From: Elusimicrobiota bacterium
Lineage (GTDB): Bacteria; Elusimicrobiota; Elusimicrobia; UBA1565
Assembly: GCA_041660925.1 (NCBI GenBank)
Contig: JBAZVI010000003.1
Location: 93,832 to 157,831, forward strand
Length of the DNA: 64,000 nt
Direction of reading: 5' to 3'
The notes below the pieces were generated by a model that saw nothing but the letters and a program-made list of their open reading frames with translations, was not told where the DNA came from and searched no databases. The position numbers and the translations under genes are program-made. Below, one piece after another: positions 8,893 through 18,441 of the stretch; within the stretch, counting starts at the first letter, position 1, and every line of letters begins with the position of its first letter.

Positions 8893-9318
8893 ATGAAGCC
8901 GATGGACCGACTCATCGCCGTCGTGGACCGCCTGCGCGGACCGGGCGGCTGCCCCTGGGACCGCGCCCAGGACCACCGCTCCCTCATCCGCTACCTGCGC
9001 GAGGAGACCCGGGAGCTCGAGCACGCCCTGCGCCGGGGCGAGTGGCACGAGATCGAGGAGGAGCTCGGCGACGTGCTCCTGCAGGTGCTCCTGCACGCGC
9101 GCATCGAGTCGGAGAAGGGGCGCTTCAGCATACAGGACGTCGCCCGCGCGCAGGCGCTCAAGCTGGTTCGCCGGCACCCCCACGTGTTCGGCGGCCGCGC
9201 CCGCGTGCGGACCGCCGGCGAGGTCCTCGCCATCTGGCAGGACGTCAAGACGCGCGAAAAGACCCTCCGCCGCCGCGACGTCCGGCGGCGCGCGGTCCGC
9301 AAGCGCACGTCTCAGTAG
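8893..9318 (+). CDS. mazG: MazG-family nucleotide pyrophosphohydrolase (small single-domain type)
   Basis: RGPGGCPWDRAQDHRSL...EEL.DVLLQV motifs. Start among ATGs at 8845-8902 is uncertain. A-T rich TATGATAT -10-like box at about 8872. Confidence 0.8.
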   Translation: MKPMDRLIAVVDRLRGPGGCPWDRAQDHRSLIRYLREETRELEHALRRGEWHEIEEELGDVLLQVLLHARIESEKGRFSIQDVARAQALKLVRRHPHVFGGRARVRTAGEVLAIWQDVKTREKTLRRRDVRRRAVRKRTSQ

Positions 9319-11486
9319 CGGAGATTCCCGAGTTCCGTTCCGGGGTAGTAGGCCTGCAGGATCTCGGCGTAGGTCTGTCCGTACTCCGCGCGGCCCATCG
9401 CGCCGGACTGGCACATCCCCACGCCGTGCCCCCACCCCCCGCCGTAGAAGGTGAAGACCTTCGGCTTGCCGTCCTTGCCGTACTCGGTGTCCACCACGAA
9501 GAGTCCGGAGCGCTGGGAGCCGTCGCCGAGGAGGCCGCGGATGGCGATCTCCTTGGTGACGACCTTCGTCGCTTTCGAGCCCCGGACCGCCACCGCGTTG
9601 AGGTGGCCCGAGCGCGAGCGCGTGAGCGTGCGGACGGCGAGCAGCTTGCCGACCTTCAGGGTACGGTTGATGTGCTCCTCGAGGTCTTCGGCGGTGATGA
9701 CGCGCGTCCAGCGGAAGTGCGAGGGGTGCACGTAGCTCGAGCCGCGGCAGAAGGCGCTCGGCCGCGAGCGCAGCCACAGGCGCAGGGTCCAGGGCGAGTA
9801 GGGACGCTCGATCGCGCCGGGAGCGTCGAGGACGCCCTTCCAGTACGGCACGTCCCCCCAGCCCTGGAGCTCCTTGCCGCTTTGGGTGTGCCCGCCGCAG
9901 TTGGAGGCGTAGAGGACGTGCGCGATGCGGCCTCCGTAGGCGGCGACGCGTCCGCGCGTGGCCTCGACGACGGCGCGCGAGCGCGCGTTCTCGTTGCGCA
10001 CGCCCCAGTACACCTGGCAGTGCTGGCCGTCGCAGATGTCGAAGCCGTCCCTGGCGTGGCGCTTGGTGACGGTCTTGATGAAGAGCGCGTGACTGCGCGC
10101 GACGACGGCCTGGGCCTTGAGCGCCTCCATCGGCGAGCCGATGGGCATCTCGGAGGCGAGCACCCCGTGGGTATAGCTCTCGAGGTCGACGACGTTGACG
10201 AGGCTCAGGCCGCGGCGCATGAGGGCGACCTCGATCTCTCCGCGCAGGGGCCGGTCGCCCCCGCCGCGGGAGGAGGAGCCGTAGTCGGCGGGGACGTCGC
10301 GCAGGACCGTGACGCCGCCGGACGCGGCGTCGGGGCGGATGCGCAGGGAGCGGCTCGAGACGGCGCGTCGATGCCCGTTCTCGTCGAAGATTTCGATGCG
10401 CGAGGCCTTCTTCCCCGGGCGGATCTTCCAGGTCTCCCCGCGCGGCCCGGAGACGAGGAGCTTCCCGGTCTTCCCCTCGATGATGTTGAAGGCCCGGGTG
10501 CAGCGGAAGGCGAGCTCGCGCCGCGGCAGCGGCTTCCCCAGCCCGCTCGTGCCCAGCCCGACCCGGAGCACGGGGAGGCGGCCGACCGGCGGCAGCGGCG
10601 GCCCCAGCGGTTCGGCCTCCGCGCTCGTCTTCGGGGCCCCGCCGTTGGGGCGGGGTGCGTCCTCGGGCTCGGGCCGCGAGGATTCGATCGCGCGCTTGCT
10701 CACCCCGGCCAGCATTCCGCGGAACTTGCGGTTGCGGGGGTCGCTGTCCTGCAGGTGCATGACCTGCTTCCAGGCCTCGTAGAAGCGGTTCGAGCGCAGG
10801 TAGGCGCGTCCGAGCTGGTAGCGGGCGGTCGTGAAGTAGGAGTCCTTCTGCACGGCCCGCCGGTAGGCCTCGATGGAGCCGTCGCGGTCGCCGGCCGTCT
10901 CGCGCGCCTTCCCGAGCCAGTAGTGCGCCAGCGAGAGCTCGGGGGCGGTCTCGGCGGCCGTCTCGAGCGCGGCGGCGGCCTTGCGCGGCTCCCCGAGCGT
11001 GAGCCAGGCCCGCCCGCGCGCGATGAAGGCGTAGGGGTCGGGCGGGGCGTTGGAGATGAAGGCGTCGAGGACCTCGAGGGTGCGCGTGGCGCGCCCGAGG
11101 CGGAACTCGGCCTCCGCGAGCGCGGTGCGGACCTCCTGGTCCTGCGGCGCGAGCTCGAGCGCCTCGGCGAACCATTCGGCCGAGCGCCGGGCGTCGCCGA
11201 TCTCCGCCTGCACGATGGCGCCGTTGACCCAGGCCTCGAGGTTCTTCGGGTCGGCGCGCACGGCCTTCAGGTAGTTCTCGAGGGCCTTCGGATGGTCTCC
11301 GGTGTAGTAAAGCCGGTGCCCCTCGAGGACGTTCGTCTGGGGCAGGGGGCCGGGCGCCTGCGCCGGCGAGAGCGGCGCCGCCGAGAGGTGGAAGAGGTAC
11401 GCGCACGCCAGCACGCCCGCGATATGTCGCACTCGCGCGAGAGTATACCCGCGCGCTGTTAAATTACTGTGGCGAGCGCCGCTCAT
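9312..11486 (-). CDS. TPR-repeat protein with C-terminal SpoIID/LytB (amidase enhancer) domain
   Basis: N-terminal TPR repeats. C-terminal DGFDICDGQHCQVY and SpoIID-like motifs. Possible GTG start at 11429 giving a signal peptide. Confidence 0.8.
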   Translation of the reverse strand: MSGARHSNLTARGYTLARVRHIAGVLACAYLFHLSAAPLSPAQAPGPLPQTNVLEGHRLYYTGDHPKALENYLKAVRADPKNLEAWVNGAIVQAEIGDARRSAEWFAEALELAPQDQEVRTALAEAEFRLGRATRTLEVLDAFISNAPPDPYAFIARGRAWLTLGEPRKAAAALETAAETAPELSLAHYWLGKARETAGDRDGSIEAYRRAVQKDSYFTTARYQLGRAYLRSNRFYEAWKQVMHLQDSDPRNRKFRGMLAGVSKRAIESSRPEPEDAPRPNGGAPKTSAEAEPLGPPLPPVGRLPVLRVGLGTSGLGKPLPRRELAFRCTRAFNIIEGKTGKLLVSGPRGETWKIRPGKKASRIEIFDENGHRRAVSSRSLRIRPDAASGGVTVLRDVPADYGSSSRGGGDRPLRGEIEVALMRRGLSLVNVVDLESYTHGVLASEMPIGSPMEALKAQAVVARSHALFIKTVTKRHARDGFDICDGQHCQVYWGVRNENARSRAVVEATRGRVAAYGGRIAHVLYASNCGGHTQSGKELQGWGDVPYWKGVLDAPGAIERPYSPWTLRLWLRSRPSAFCRGSSYVHPSHFRWTRVITAEDLEEHINRTLKVGKLLAVRTLTRSRSGHLNAVAVRGSKATKVVTKEIAIRGLLGDGSQRSGLFVVDTEYGKDGKPKVFTFYGGGWGHGVGMCQSGAMGRAEYGQTYAEILQAYYPGTELGNLRY

Positions 11487-11667
11487 CGCCTCATGTTATA
11501 AATTTGTCCGCTCCCCTCGCCCGGAGAGAACCGATCGTTTGCGTCGAGCCCGCATCCGGCAACAACGCCGGCTAGGGCGCAAGATCGGACGAACCTGCGT
11601 CAAGGACCCATGGAACGGGACGAAGGCGCGGCTACAATCGTGGCATGCGGCGGATAAGGCACGCGAG

Positions 11668-14187
11668 ATGACTCTTCGACGGCGATTCCAGGCATCGATG
11701 GCCCTCATCCTGTTCCTGGACGTGCCGGGGACCGGTTTCTATTCCGTTTGGGCGCAGTCGATCCCCCGACAGGTCCCGACGCAAGGCCTCGTCGCTCCCC
11801 TCCAGGTCGTCCCTTCCGTTTCTGCGAGTGCGGATATCGGCGGTGGAGCGGGGCTCTCCCTCGGGGTCTCCCACCAGGCTCCGCTCGTGCCGGTCCGCTT
11901 CGACGTCCTGCCGAAGCTCGATATCCAGCCTCGGGCCATGCCGCCCGCCGCGAGCGCAGGCGTTCCCATCGGGCTCCTCGGGGCGGAGGCAACGCGAATC
12001 CCGCTCGCGGACGGAGCTCTTCCGATTTTTGCGGCGTGGAGCCGGCTTGCAGCGCGCAAGGAGAGCCCGCAGGACGGGGCGTTCCCCGTGCGGACGAAGT
12101 TCTCGGACGGAACGACCCCGACGCGAACAGGGGTGCGCCGGCTCGCCGGCGTTCTGCCTTCGGCGTTCTCGTTTCAGCAGGCTCTGAGCGCGCTTGCGGC
12201 ATGGGGTTCGCCCTCTGAGGCCTCCCCCGCGGCGGCGGCCTATGCGATGCCGCTCGTCGTCTCGCGGCGGTCGACGACGCGGTCGGACGACGCTCCGGCG
12301 GATGCGACGGTCCTGAGTCGACGTGCTCTTCCCATACCCCCGGAGCCGGCTCGCGCGCGAGCGGAGGTCCTGGATGCCGCCTATCGCTCTCGCCATCGGG
12401 AGGCCGCGGTCAAAACCGCCCTGGGGTACGCCGGTCTCTCGCTGCTGACCGCGATGAGCGCGTATCTTTTTCACATCGCCGCGTGTTCGATCGCTCCGGG
12501 ATATCTCCTTGCCTGCTTCCTCGGGCTCATGGTCCTGATGTTTGCACCTGGGGGCGGGACGGACAACTCCTTCACGGAGATGGACGAGCCGAGCAGAGCC
12601 GAACTCGAGCCTTTGGTCGGGGCTCTCGCTGCTCGGGCGTCCGTGGCGGTTCCGCGGCTGCTGCGTTCGGACTCCGAGGGGCCGAATGCCATGGTCGTGG
12701 GCGTGCCCCTCCCCTTCACGCGGGCGAGGACGCGTATGGCCTTCACCCGGAGCATTCTGCGGGCGGTCTCTCCCGACGGGTTGGGGGCGGTCGTCGGGCA
12801 CGAGCTCACGCATCTGCGCAACGGCGACATGCCTCGGCAGATCTTGTCCTCCCTCATCGTGGTCGCGGGGACGGTCCTGTCCTACGCCGCGCTCTCCGCT
12901 CCGGCGTCCTGGGTCACCGCCGCGGCGTTCTGCGGACTCGTTGCCGCGGCGTTCATCCACGCGGCGATCCTGCGGGAAAGCGAGAGCCTGGCGGATTTCG
13001 GTTCGGCGAGGCTCATGGGCGACGCCGATCCGATGTCCCGGAGCTTGCTGCGGCTCGATATTTGGAATCGCGTCGTGCGCGGGGAGAATGCGGCGCCCGT
13101 CAAAGCCTATACGTTCGCCGCGCTCCTCCAGGCGCATCCTCCGGTTCTCGCGCGCGTCGAATCCCTGCGCCGCTTGCAGACGCCCGGGGCTCCGCGACAG
13201 TCCGCTGCGCTCGGAGCGCGAGGGGGATGGCGGAGCTCAAGCATCCCTCTGCTGCACCTCCTCCTGGCGCCGGTCCTGGTCGCGGCGGGTGCGGCCGTCG
13301 GGGTCTCCGTGGGCGTCAGCATGGCGGCGGCCCTTCTCCTCGAAGGAGTCGCGATGCTCGCCGTCAAGCGATCGACCGCCCGTCGGGGAGGCGACGCATC
13401 GGCGCTCGCCCAGGACCGGCTTCAAGCCTACCTGAGCCATCCCGACCTCGTGCTCAGGCGTTGGAGCGCCCAGGCCCTGCGTTCGGCCGCGTTCCGCGCA
13501 GAATCCATATCGATCCTTCGCGGATTGCGGCGAGCGCTCCGGGACGCGCTCGGACGTGAGGAGGACGCCGGCGTCCAGGCGGAGCTTCGTTCCGCTGAAA
13601 GGCGCGCGCAGGCGCGCGAGCGCGCGGTGCTCAAGAAATCCGCCTCAAAGGAGGCCGGTTTCGAAAAAAGCATGGATTTCCTGAGCCGCATGCGGTCGCT
13701 TTCGACGGAAACGGCCGTGCCGCTCGATGAATCCTCCGCGGGCAGGCTCGGAAAGCCTTCGTTGGAATTCTATCGCGTCGATTCCGAGGATCGACGTCCC
13801 TATTTCAGCGGTCCATGGCTGATGCGGGGAGAGAGTTCGCATCTGTATGTCTTCTTCTATTCCGACGCGTCCACGGGGAAGATTTTCGTCTCAAAGTCCT
13901 TCTGGCGGGAACTCTCCCCCCGAGAGCGCATCGGCCTGCTCGTCCGCGAGCGGATGATGCTCGACGCCCGCAAGAAGTTCGTCGCGGAGGGCGGGATCTG
14001 GACGACGGAGAATCCCGACACGGTCTCCATTTTGAAGGGGATCGACGCCGAAGCTCGTTCCTACGGCTTCGACGCTGCGCGCCTTGCGAAGATCGGGGCG
14101 CGCCTGACCGACGAGACTCACGCGGAGGAGAAACGCGTCGCGAAAGAGCGCCGCGAGGAAGAAAAGCGTCGGGGACGCCGCGGCTGA
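11668..14187 (+). CDS. M48-family (HtpX-like) membrane zinc metallopeptidase with large N-terminal secreted region and ~300-aa C-terminal extension
   Basis: Signal peptide, multiple TM helices, HExxH (VGHELTHLRNGD). The ORF track start 11539 lies upstream of the likely start MTLRRR. Visibly lower GC and A/T-ending codons compared with neighbours. Confidence 0.7.
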   Translation: MTLRRRFQASMALILFLDVPGTGFYSVWAQSIPRQVPTQGLVAPLQVVPSVSASADIGGGAGLSLGVSHQAPLVPVRFDVLPKLDIQPRAMPPAASAGVPIGLLGAEATRIPLADGALPIFAAWSRLAARKESPQDGAFPVRTKFSDGTTPTRTGVRRLAGVLPSAFSFQQALSALAAWGSPSEASPAAAAYAMPLVVSRRSTTRSDDAPADATVLSRRALPIPPEPARARAEVLDAAYRSRHREAAVKTALGYAGLSLLTAMSAYLFHIAACSIAPGYLLACFLGLMVLMFAPGGGTDNSFTEMDEPSRAELEPLVGALAARASVAVPRLLRSDSEGPNAMVVGVPLPFTRARTRMAFTRSILRAVSPDGLGAVVGHELTHLRNGDMPRQILSSLIVVAGTVLSYAALSAPASWVTAAAFCGLVAAAFIHAAILRESESLADFGSARLMGDADPMSRSLLRLDIWNRVVRGENAAPVKAYTFAALLQAHPPVLARVESLRRLQTPGAPRQSAALGARGGWRSSSIPLLHLLLAPVLVAAGAAVGVSVGVSMAAALLLEGVAMLAVKRSTARRGGDASALAQDRLQAYLSHPDLVLRRWSAQALRSAAFRAESISILRGLRRALRDALGREEDAGVQAELRSAERRAQARERAVLKKSASKEAGFEKSMDFLSRMRSLSTETAVPLDESSAGRLGKPSLEFYRVDSEDRRPYFSGPWLMRGESSHLYVFFYSDASTGKIFVSKSFWRELSPRERIGLLVRERMMLDARKKFVAEGGIWTTENPDTVSILKGIDAEARSYGFDAARLAKIGARLTDETHAEEKRVAKERREEEKRRGRRG

Positions 14188-14310
14188 GCGAAGGGAATCG
14201 AACTATGAGGGCTCCGTCTTCCGCAAAGAAAGGCGCCTGTATGCCGCGCTACGCGGCTGCGCCCCGCGTCCATCCCTCGTCGTCGTGAATCGCTGTCAGC
14301 GGAATCCATC

Positions 14311-14423
14311 GGTTCGGCGGGTGACGCTCGGGAAGGCGGTCCGCCGACGAGGAGCGCAATGTCCGTTGCTGTCTGAGCACCGCAGTCGGCGGAAGGGGCC
14401 CGGGCGGCAGGCCCTGCCGAACC
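14311..14423. ncRNA. copy A of a ~110-nt conserved structured element (candidate small RNA, 3'-UTR element or REP-like element); strand undetermined
   Basis: Nested helices GGTTCGGC/GCCGAACC and CCGCCGAC/GTCGGCGG around the conserved loop GAGGAGCGCAAT...GTCTGAGCACCGCAG. Second copy at 36438-36543 has compensatory stem changes. Confidence 0.3.
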
Positions 14424-14465
14424 ATGAGGGTGTCCTTTTGTTGTGGAAAAGAACGATCGGCTGAA

Positions 14466-14536
14466 AGCGGGCGAAGGGAATCGAACCCTCGTCTAGAGCT
14501 TGGGAAGCTCCCGTTCTACCATTGAACCACGCCCGC
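14466..14536 (-). tRNA. tRNA-Gly (anticodon CCC)
   Basis: 71-nt cloverleaf folded by hand: acceptor GCGGGCG/CGCCCGC, D-stem GUUC/GAAC, anticodon stem GGAGC/GCUCU with loop UUCCCAA, T-stem GAGGG/CCCUU, T-loop UUCGAUU. No encoded CCA. Confidence 0.93.
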
Positions 14537-14632
14537 TTACAGCCGACCGGAAGAACGCCTCAAGTATAACAAACTCCCCGCAGCCCTTTCATCGGCAAAT
14601 CCATCGCCTGCAATAGCTCGTTTAGACGGACG

Positions 14633-14657
14633 AAAATCCGGACGTAGTCCGGATTTT
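14633..14657 (-). terminator. Rho-independent terminator of pgi (AAAATCCGGAC-gta-GTCCGGATTTT)
   Basis: Perfect 8-bp GC-rich stem flanked by A and T tracts; the T-tract overlaps the pgi stop codon. Confidence 0.8.
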
Positions 14658-16294
14658 CAGGCTTTCGCGGTGCGCGCGGCCTTCACGGCCTTCGTCAGCC
14701 GCTCGAGCCCCTTCTTCGGGTCGCCGACGAGGCGCACGAGCAGCGCACGGCGCTTCGCCCCTTCGAGCGCCTGGAAGTCCCCGATGGCCTGCGCGTTGAC
14801 GAGGTCCGCGAAGCCGTAGGGCTGATTCGGGATCGCGGCGTCCTGCGCCCCCTCGCGCAGGATGAGGAGGAAGAGCCCCTTGTCCGGCCCGCCCTTGTGC
14901 AGCTGTCCCGTCGAGTGCAGGTAGCGCGGACCGTAGCCCGTCTGCAGCGCGTTCATCGAGCCCGCGCGCAGCGCCTCGGCGAGCTTGGCGACGGCGGCGT
15001 CGTACTCTCCGAGCGTCGAGAGGAAGGGCAGCAGGCAGAGGTAGTCGCCCGGCTTCGCGAGGCCCAGGAAGCCCGCGAGCGCGGCCTCCGGGGTGTCCCC
15101 CCCCGCCTTCGCGGCGGCCTTCGAGAGAGTGAGCTTCATCCCCGCGTCGGCGACGTGCTGCTCGGTCGCGGGGAGCGCGCCGGTCTTCGCGCGGTGCTCC
15201 AGCACCGTCTTCGTCCGGTCCTTCGCCGACTGCACGTCGGGCTGGTCGAAGGGGTCGATGGCGAGCGCGTGCCCGAGCGCCGCGGTGGCGAACTCCCAGC
15301 GGAAGAACTCGGCGCCGAGCTCGAGGAGGTCGTCCATCTCGAGGACGAGGACGGGATGGCCTTCCTTGCGCGCCTTCGCCGCGAGCCTCTCGTGCTCCGC
15401 GTCCTTCTCGCCCTTGAGCTTCACGACGACGAAGACGCGGTCCTCTCCCCAGGCGCCCGCGGGTTCTCCCGCGACGGGGACGACGCCCTGCCCTTCCTTG
15501 CCGGTGCTCTCGGCGACGAGCTGTTCGAGCCAGAGGCCGAGGCTCTCCACCTCGCGGGGCAGCAGGAGCGTGAGCTTGTCGCGGCCCGCCTTCGCGTGCG
15601 CGCCGAGTTCGAGCCCCAGCAGGAGGCCCGGGTTCCCCGCGCCGTCGAGGGCGCAGTCTTTCGCCATCTTCCCCGCGCGCTCGAGGAGCGCGCGCACGTC
15701 GACGCCGATGAGCGCGGCCGGCACGAGGCCGAAGTAGGAGAGCGCCGAGAAGCGTCCGCCGATGTCCGGGAAGTTCTGGAAGACCTTTCGGAAGCCCCGC
15801 TCCTTCGCCTGGCCCTCGAGGAAGGAGCCGGGGTCGGTGATCGCGACGAAGTGGGCGCCCGCCTTCGCGCCGAGGGCGGATTGCGCGCGTCCCCAGAAGT
15901 AGTCGAAGAGGCGCAGAGGCTCGGTGGTGGTGCCCGACTTGCTCGCCACGATGTAGAGCGTATGTTCCGGCGGGCACGCACGGTCCGCGCCGGCGACCGC
16001 CTCCGGGTCGGTGCTGTCGAGGACGAGGAGCTCGGGGAAGCCGGCCTTCGCGCCGAAGACCCGGCGGAACACCTCGGGCGCGAGGCTCGAGCCGCCCATG
16101 CCGAGGAGGAGCGCCTTCGTGAAGCCGGCGCCGCGCGCGTCGGCGGCGAAGGCCTCGAGCTCGTCGGCGCGGCCGCGCATCGTCTCCGGCATGCCGAGCC
16201 AGCCCAGGGAGTTGAGGATGAGCTTGCGGTGCGCGGCATCGTCCTTCCAGAGCGCGGCGTCCTTGGCCCAGATGCGGGCGGCGAGTCCTTTCAT
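14657..16294 (-). CDS. pgi: glucose-6-phosphate isomerase
   Basis: 545 aa. PGI signature YGPRYLHSTGQLHKGG and SKSGTT. Confidence 0.9.
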   Translation of the reverse strand: MKGLAARIWAKDAALWKDDAAHRKLILNSLGWLGMPETMRGRADELEAFAADARGAGFTKALLLGMGGSSLAPEVFRRVFGAKAGFPELLVLDSTDPEAVAGADRACPPEHTLYIVASKSGTTTEPLRLFDYFWGRAQSALGAKAGAHFVAITDPGSFLEGQAKERGFRKVFQNFPDIGGRFSALSYFGLVPAALIGVDVRALLERAGKMAKDCALDGAGNPGLLLGLELGAHAKAGRDKLTLLLPREVESLGLWLEQLVAESTGKEGQGVVPVAGEPAGAWGEDRVFVVVKLKGEKDAEHERLAAKARKEGHPVLVLEMDDLLELGAEFFRWEFATAALGHALAIDPFDQPDVQSAKDRTKTVLEHRAKTGALPATEQHVADAGMKLTLSKAAAKAGGDTPEAALAGFLGLAKPGDYLCLLPFLSTLGEYDAAVAKLAEALRAGSMNALQTGYGPRYLHSTGQLHKGGPDKGLFLLILREGAQDAAIPNQPYGFADLVNAQAIGDFQALEGAKRRALLVRLVGDPKKGLERLTKAVKAARTAKA

Positions 16295-16348
16295 GTCTCT
16301 CCTCTCGATCCTCGGAGTCTTTGAGTCTTGCCCCGCGGGGGAGCCCGT

Positions 16349-16987
16349 TCAGCTCCCCCGCGCGAGCGCGAGGAACTCCTCGCGGGTGCGCGGGTCCTTC
16401 TGGAAGGCGCCTAGCATCGCGCTCGTCACGGTCGGCGAGAGCTGGCTGCGCACCCCCCGCATCTCCATGCAGAGGTGGCGCGCTTCGATGATGACGCCCA
16501 CTCCCTGGGGGGCGAGCGCGTTCATCAGCGTGTCGGCGATCTGGCGGGTCATGCGCTCCTGCACCTGCAGGCGCTTGGCGAAGACCCCGATGAGGCGCGG
16601 GATCTTCGAGAGGCCGAGGACCTTCTTCGTCGGGATGTAGGCGACGTGCACCTTGCCGAAGAAGGGCAGCAGGTGATGCTCGCAGAGCGAATAGAACTGG
16701 ACGTCCTTGACCACGACCATCTCGTCGTACTCGACGTCGAAGAGGGCTTCGTTGATGATCTCGTCGACGTCGGCGCGGTAGCCGGCGGTCAGCTCCGCGA
16801 AGGAGCGCGCGAAGCGCTCCGGCGTGCGGAGCAGCCCGTCGCGCGCGGGGTCCTCGCCGATCGCCGTCAGGATCGCGCGGACGTGTTCGGCGACGCCCGG
16901 GACCCCGCCGTTGTGGCGGCAGTATTCGGCGCCGCACTCGTCCCAGCGGCGGGTCTCCCCCTTCCGCGCGCCGTTCCTGGTCTTCAT
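16349..16987 (-). CDS. folE: GTP cyclohydrolase I
   Basis: C-terminal 212 aa of the longer ORF-track entry. FolE motifs YSLCEHHLLPFFGKVHVAY. ATG at 16987 overlaps the pepA stop. Confidence 0.9.
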   Translation of the reverse strand: MKTRNGARKGETRRWDECGAEYCRHNGGVPGVAEHVRAILTAIGEDPARDGLLRTPERFARSFAELTAGYRADVDEIINEALFDVEYDEMVVVKDVQFYSLCEHHLLPFFGKVHVAYIPTKKVLGLSKIPRLIGVFAKRLQVQERMTRQIADTLMNALAPQGVGVIIEARHLCMEMRGVRSQLSPTVTSAMLGAFQKDPRTREEFLALARGS

Positions 16988-18441
16988 CGCAGCCCCAGCA
17001 GCCACTCGGCGCTCGCGCGCACGAGCGCGCCCGTCCCGCCGGCCGGGCCGAGGTCGTTGCCGCCGTCGGTCCAGGCGGTGCCGGCGAAGTCGAAGTGCGC
17101 CCACGGGGTCTTCGGCGGGACGAACTCCTGAAGGAAGAGCCCTCCGATGATGCTCCCCGCCTCTCCGCGGGCCTTGCCGATGTTCTGCAGGTCGGCGAAG
17201 CGGCCCTTGATGTTCTCCTTGTATCCTTCGAAGAGCGGGAGCTCCCAGACCGGCTCGCCGCAGGACTTCGCGGCGGAGATGAAGCGCGCGAGGAGCGCGC
17301 GGTCGTTGGACATGGCGCCCGTGACCCCGCCGCCCAGGGCCGTCACGACGGCCCCGGTGAGCGTCGCGAAGTCGAGCAGCGCGTGCGGCTCCAGAAGGCC
17401 GGCGTAGCAGAGCGCGTCGGCGAGGATGAGCCGCCCCTCGGCGTCGGTGTTCAGGACCTCGATCGTCTTGCCGTTCATCGCCCGCAGGACGTCTCCCGGC
17501 TTGACGGCGTCCCCGTCGGGGAGGTTGTAGGCGAGCGGGGCGATGCCGTGCACCTCGGCCTTGACCTTCAGGCGCGCGAGGACCTTGAAGAGGCCGAGCA
17601 CGGTGGCGGCGCCGGCCATGTCGCACTTCATCGTCTCCATGCTCTGCGCCGGCTTGAGGGAGAGCCCGCCCGAGTCGAAGAGGACGCCCTTGCCGACGAG
17701 GGCGACGCGCGTCTTCGCCTTGCCCGAGGGCTTGTAGACGAGGTGGAGCAGCAGCGGCGGCTGCGCCGCTCCTCGCCCGACGCCGAGCAGCGCGCCCATG
17801 CCGAGCTTCTCGCAGTCGGCCTTCGTCAGGACCTTCACGCTCACGCCGCCGCCGGCGAGCGCCTTCGCGCGGGCCGCGACGGATTCGGGTGTCTTGTCGG
17901 AAGGCGCCTCGTTGACGAGGTCGCGGGTGAAGTGCACGGCCTCGGCGAGGAGGAGGGCCTTCTCGACGGCCGCCTCCGCCTTGCGCCGTTCGGAGGGCGC
18001 CGCGACGAGCACGCGCACGCCGGCGAGCTTGTCGGGGGTTTCGGGCTTCTTGTACTTCGTGAACGCGTAGGAGGAGAGCAGGAGCCCCTCGAGTTCCGGC
18101 CCGGCCGGGCGCGGGGAAAGCATCCCGAGGACCTCGTGGCGCGCGCGGGCGGCCTTCCAGAGCGCCGCGCCGGCCTTGCGCAGGGCCTCGCGGTCGGCGG
18201 AGGCCTTCGCTCCGAGGCCGACGAGGACGAAGCGGCGCTCGCGCGTCCCGTCGGAGGCCGGGAACGCGGCGGTCTCCCCCGCCTTGCCGGAGAAGCCTTC
18301 CTCGCGGGCCCGCTCGAAGAGGGCCTTGCGCGTCGCGGCGGAGACCCCCGGCGCGGCGATACCGTCTTCATAGGCGAAGAGGGCGAGGGGCTCCGTACCG
18401 GCGTGGAACTCCTTGAGCGTCGTGACGGTGATGCCGATCAT
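16984..18441 (-). CDS. pepA: leucyl aminopeptidase (M17)
   Basis: NTDAEGRL and GVGRG..PLLL M17 motifs. Likely start MIGITVTT at 18441; the ORF track extends it to 18591. Confidence 0.9.
   Translation of the reverse strand: MIGITVTTLKEFHAGTEPLALFAYEDGIAAPGVSAATRKALFERAREEGFSGKAGETAAFPASDGTRERRFVLVGLGAKASADREALRKAGAALWKAARARHEVLGMLSPRPAGPELEGLLLSSYAFTKYKKPETPDKLAGVRVLVAAPSERRKAEAAVEKALLLAEAVHFTRDLVNEAPSDKTPESVAARAKALAGGGVSVKVLTKADCEKLGMGALLGVGRGAAQPPLLLHLVYKPSGKAKTRVALVGKGVLFDSGGLSLKPAQSMETMKCDMAGAATVLGLFKVLARLKVKAEVHGIAPLAYNLPDGDAVKPGDVLRAMNGKTIEVLNTDAEGRLILADALCYAGLLEPHALLDFATLTGAVVTALGGGVTGAMSNDRALLARFISAAKSCGEPVWELPLFEGYKENIKGRFADLQNIGKARGEAGSIIGGLFLQEFVPPKTPWAHFDFAGTAWTDGGNDLGPAGGTGALVRASAEWLLGLR

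Noticed and set aside
8781-11462. 893-aa and 850-aa ORFs on both strands across mazG and the SpoIID gene
   Set aside because: Low-complexity R/A/P/G-rich shadow ORFs. The real genes (MazG, TPR-SpoIID) occupy the other frames.
11539-11667. N-terminal 43-codon extension of the M48 ORF (MRRARIRQQRRLGRK...)
   Set aside because: The extension precedes a clear signal peptide starting at MTLRRR. It is Arg-rich and probably untranslated.
14622-16937. 771-aa minus-strand ORF overlapping pgi and folE
   Set aside because: Arg/Gly/Pro-rich shadow of the pgi frame.
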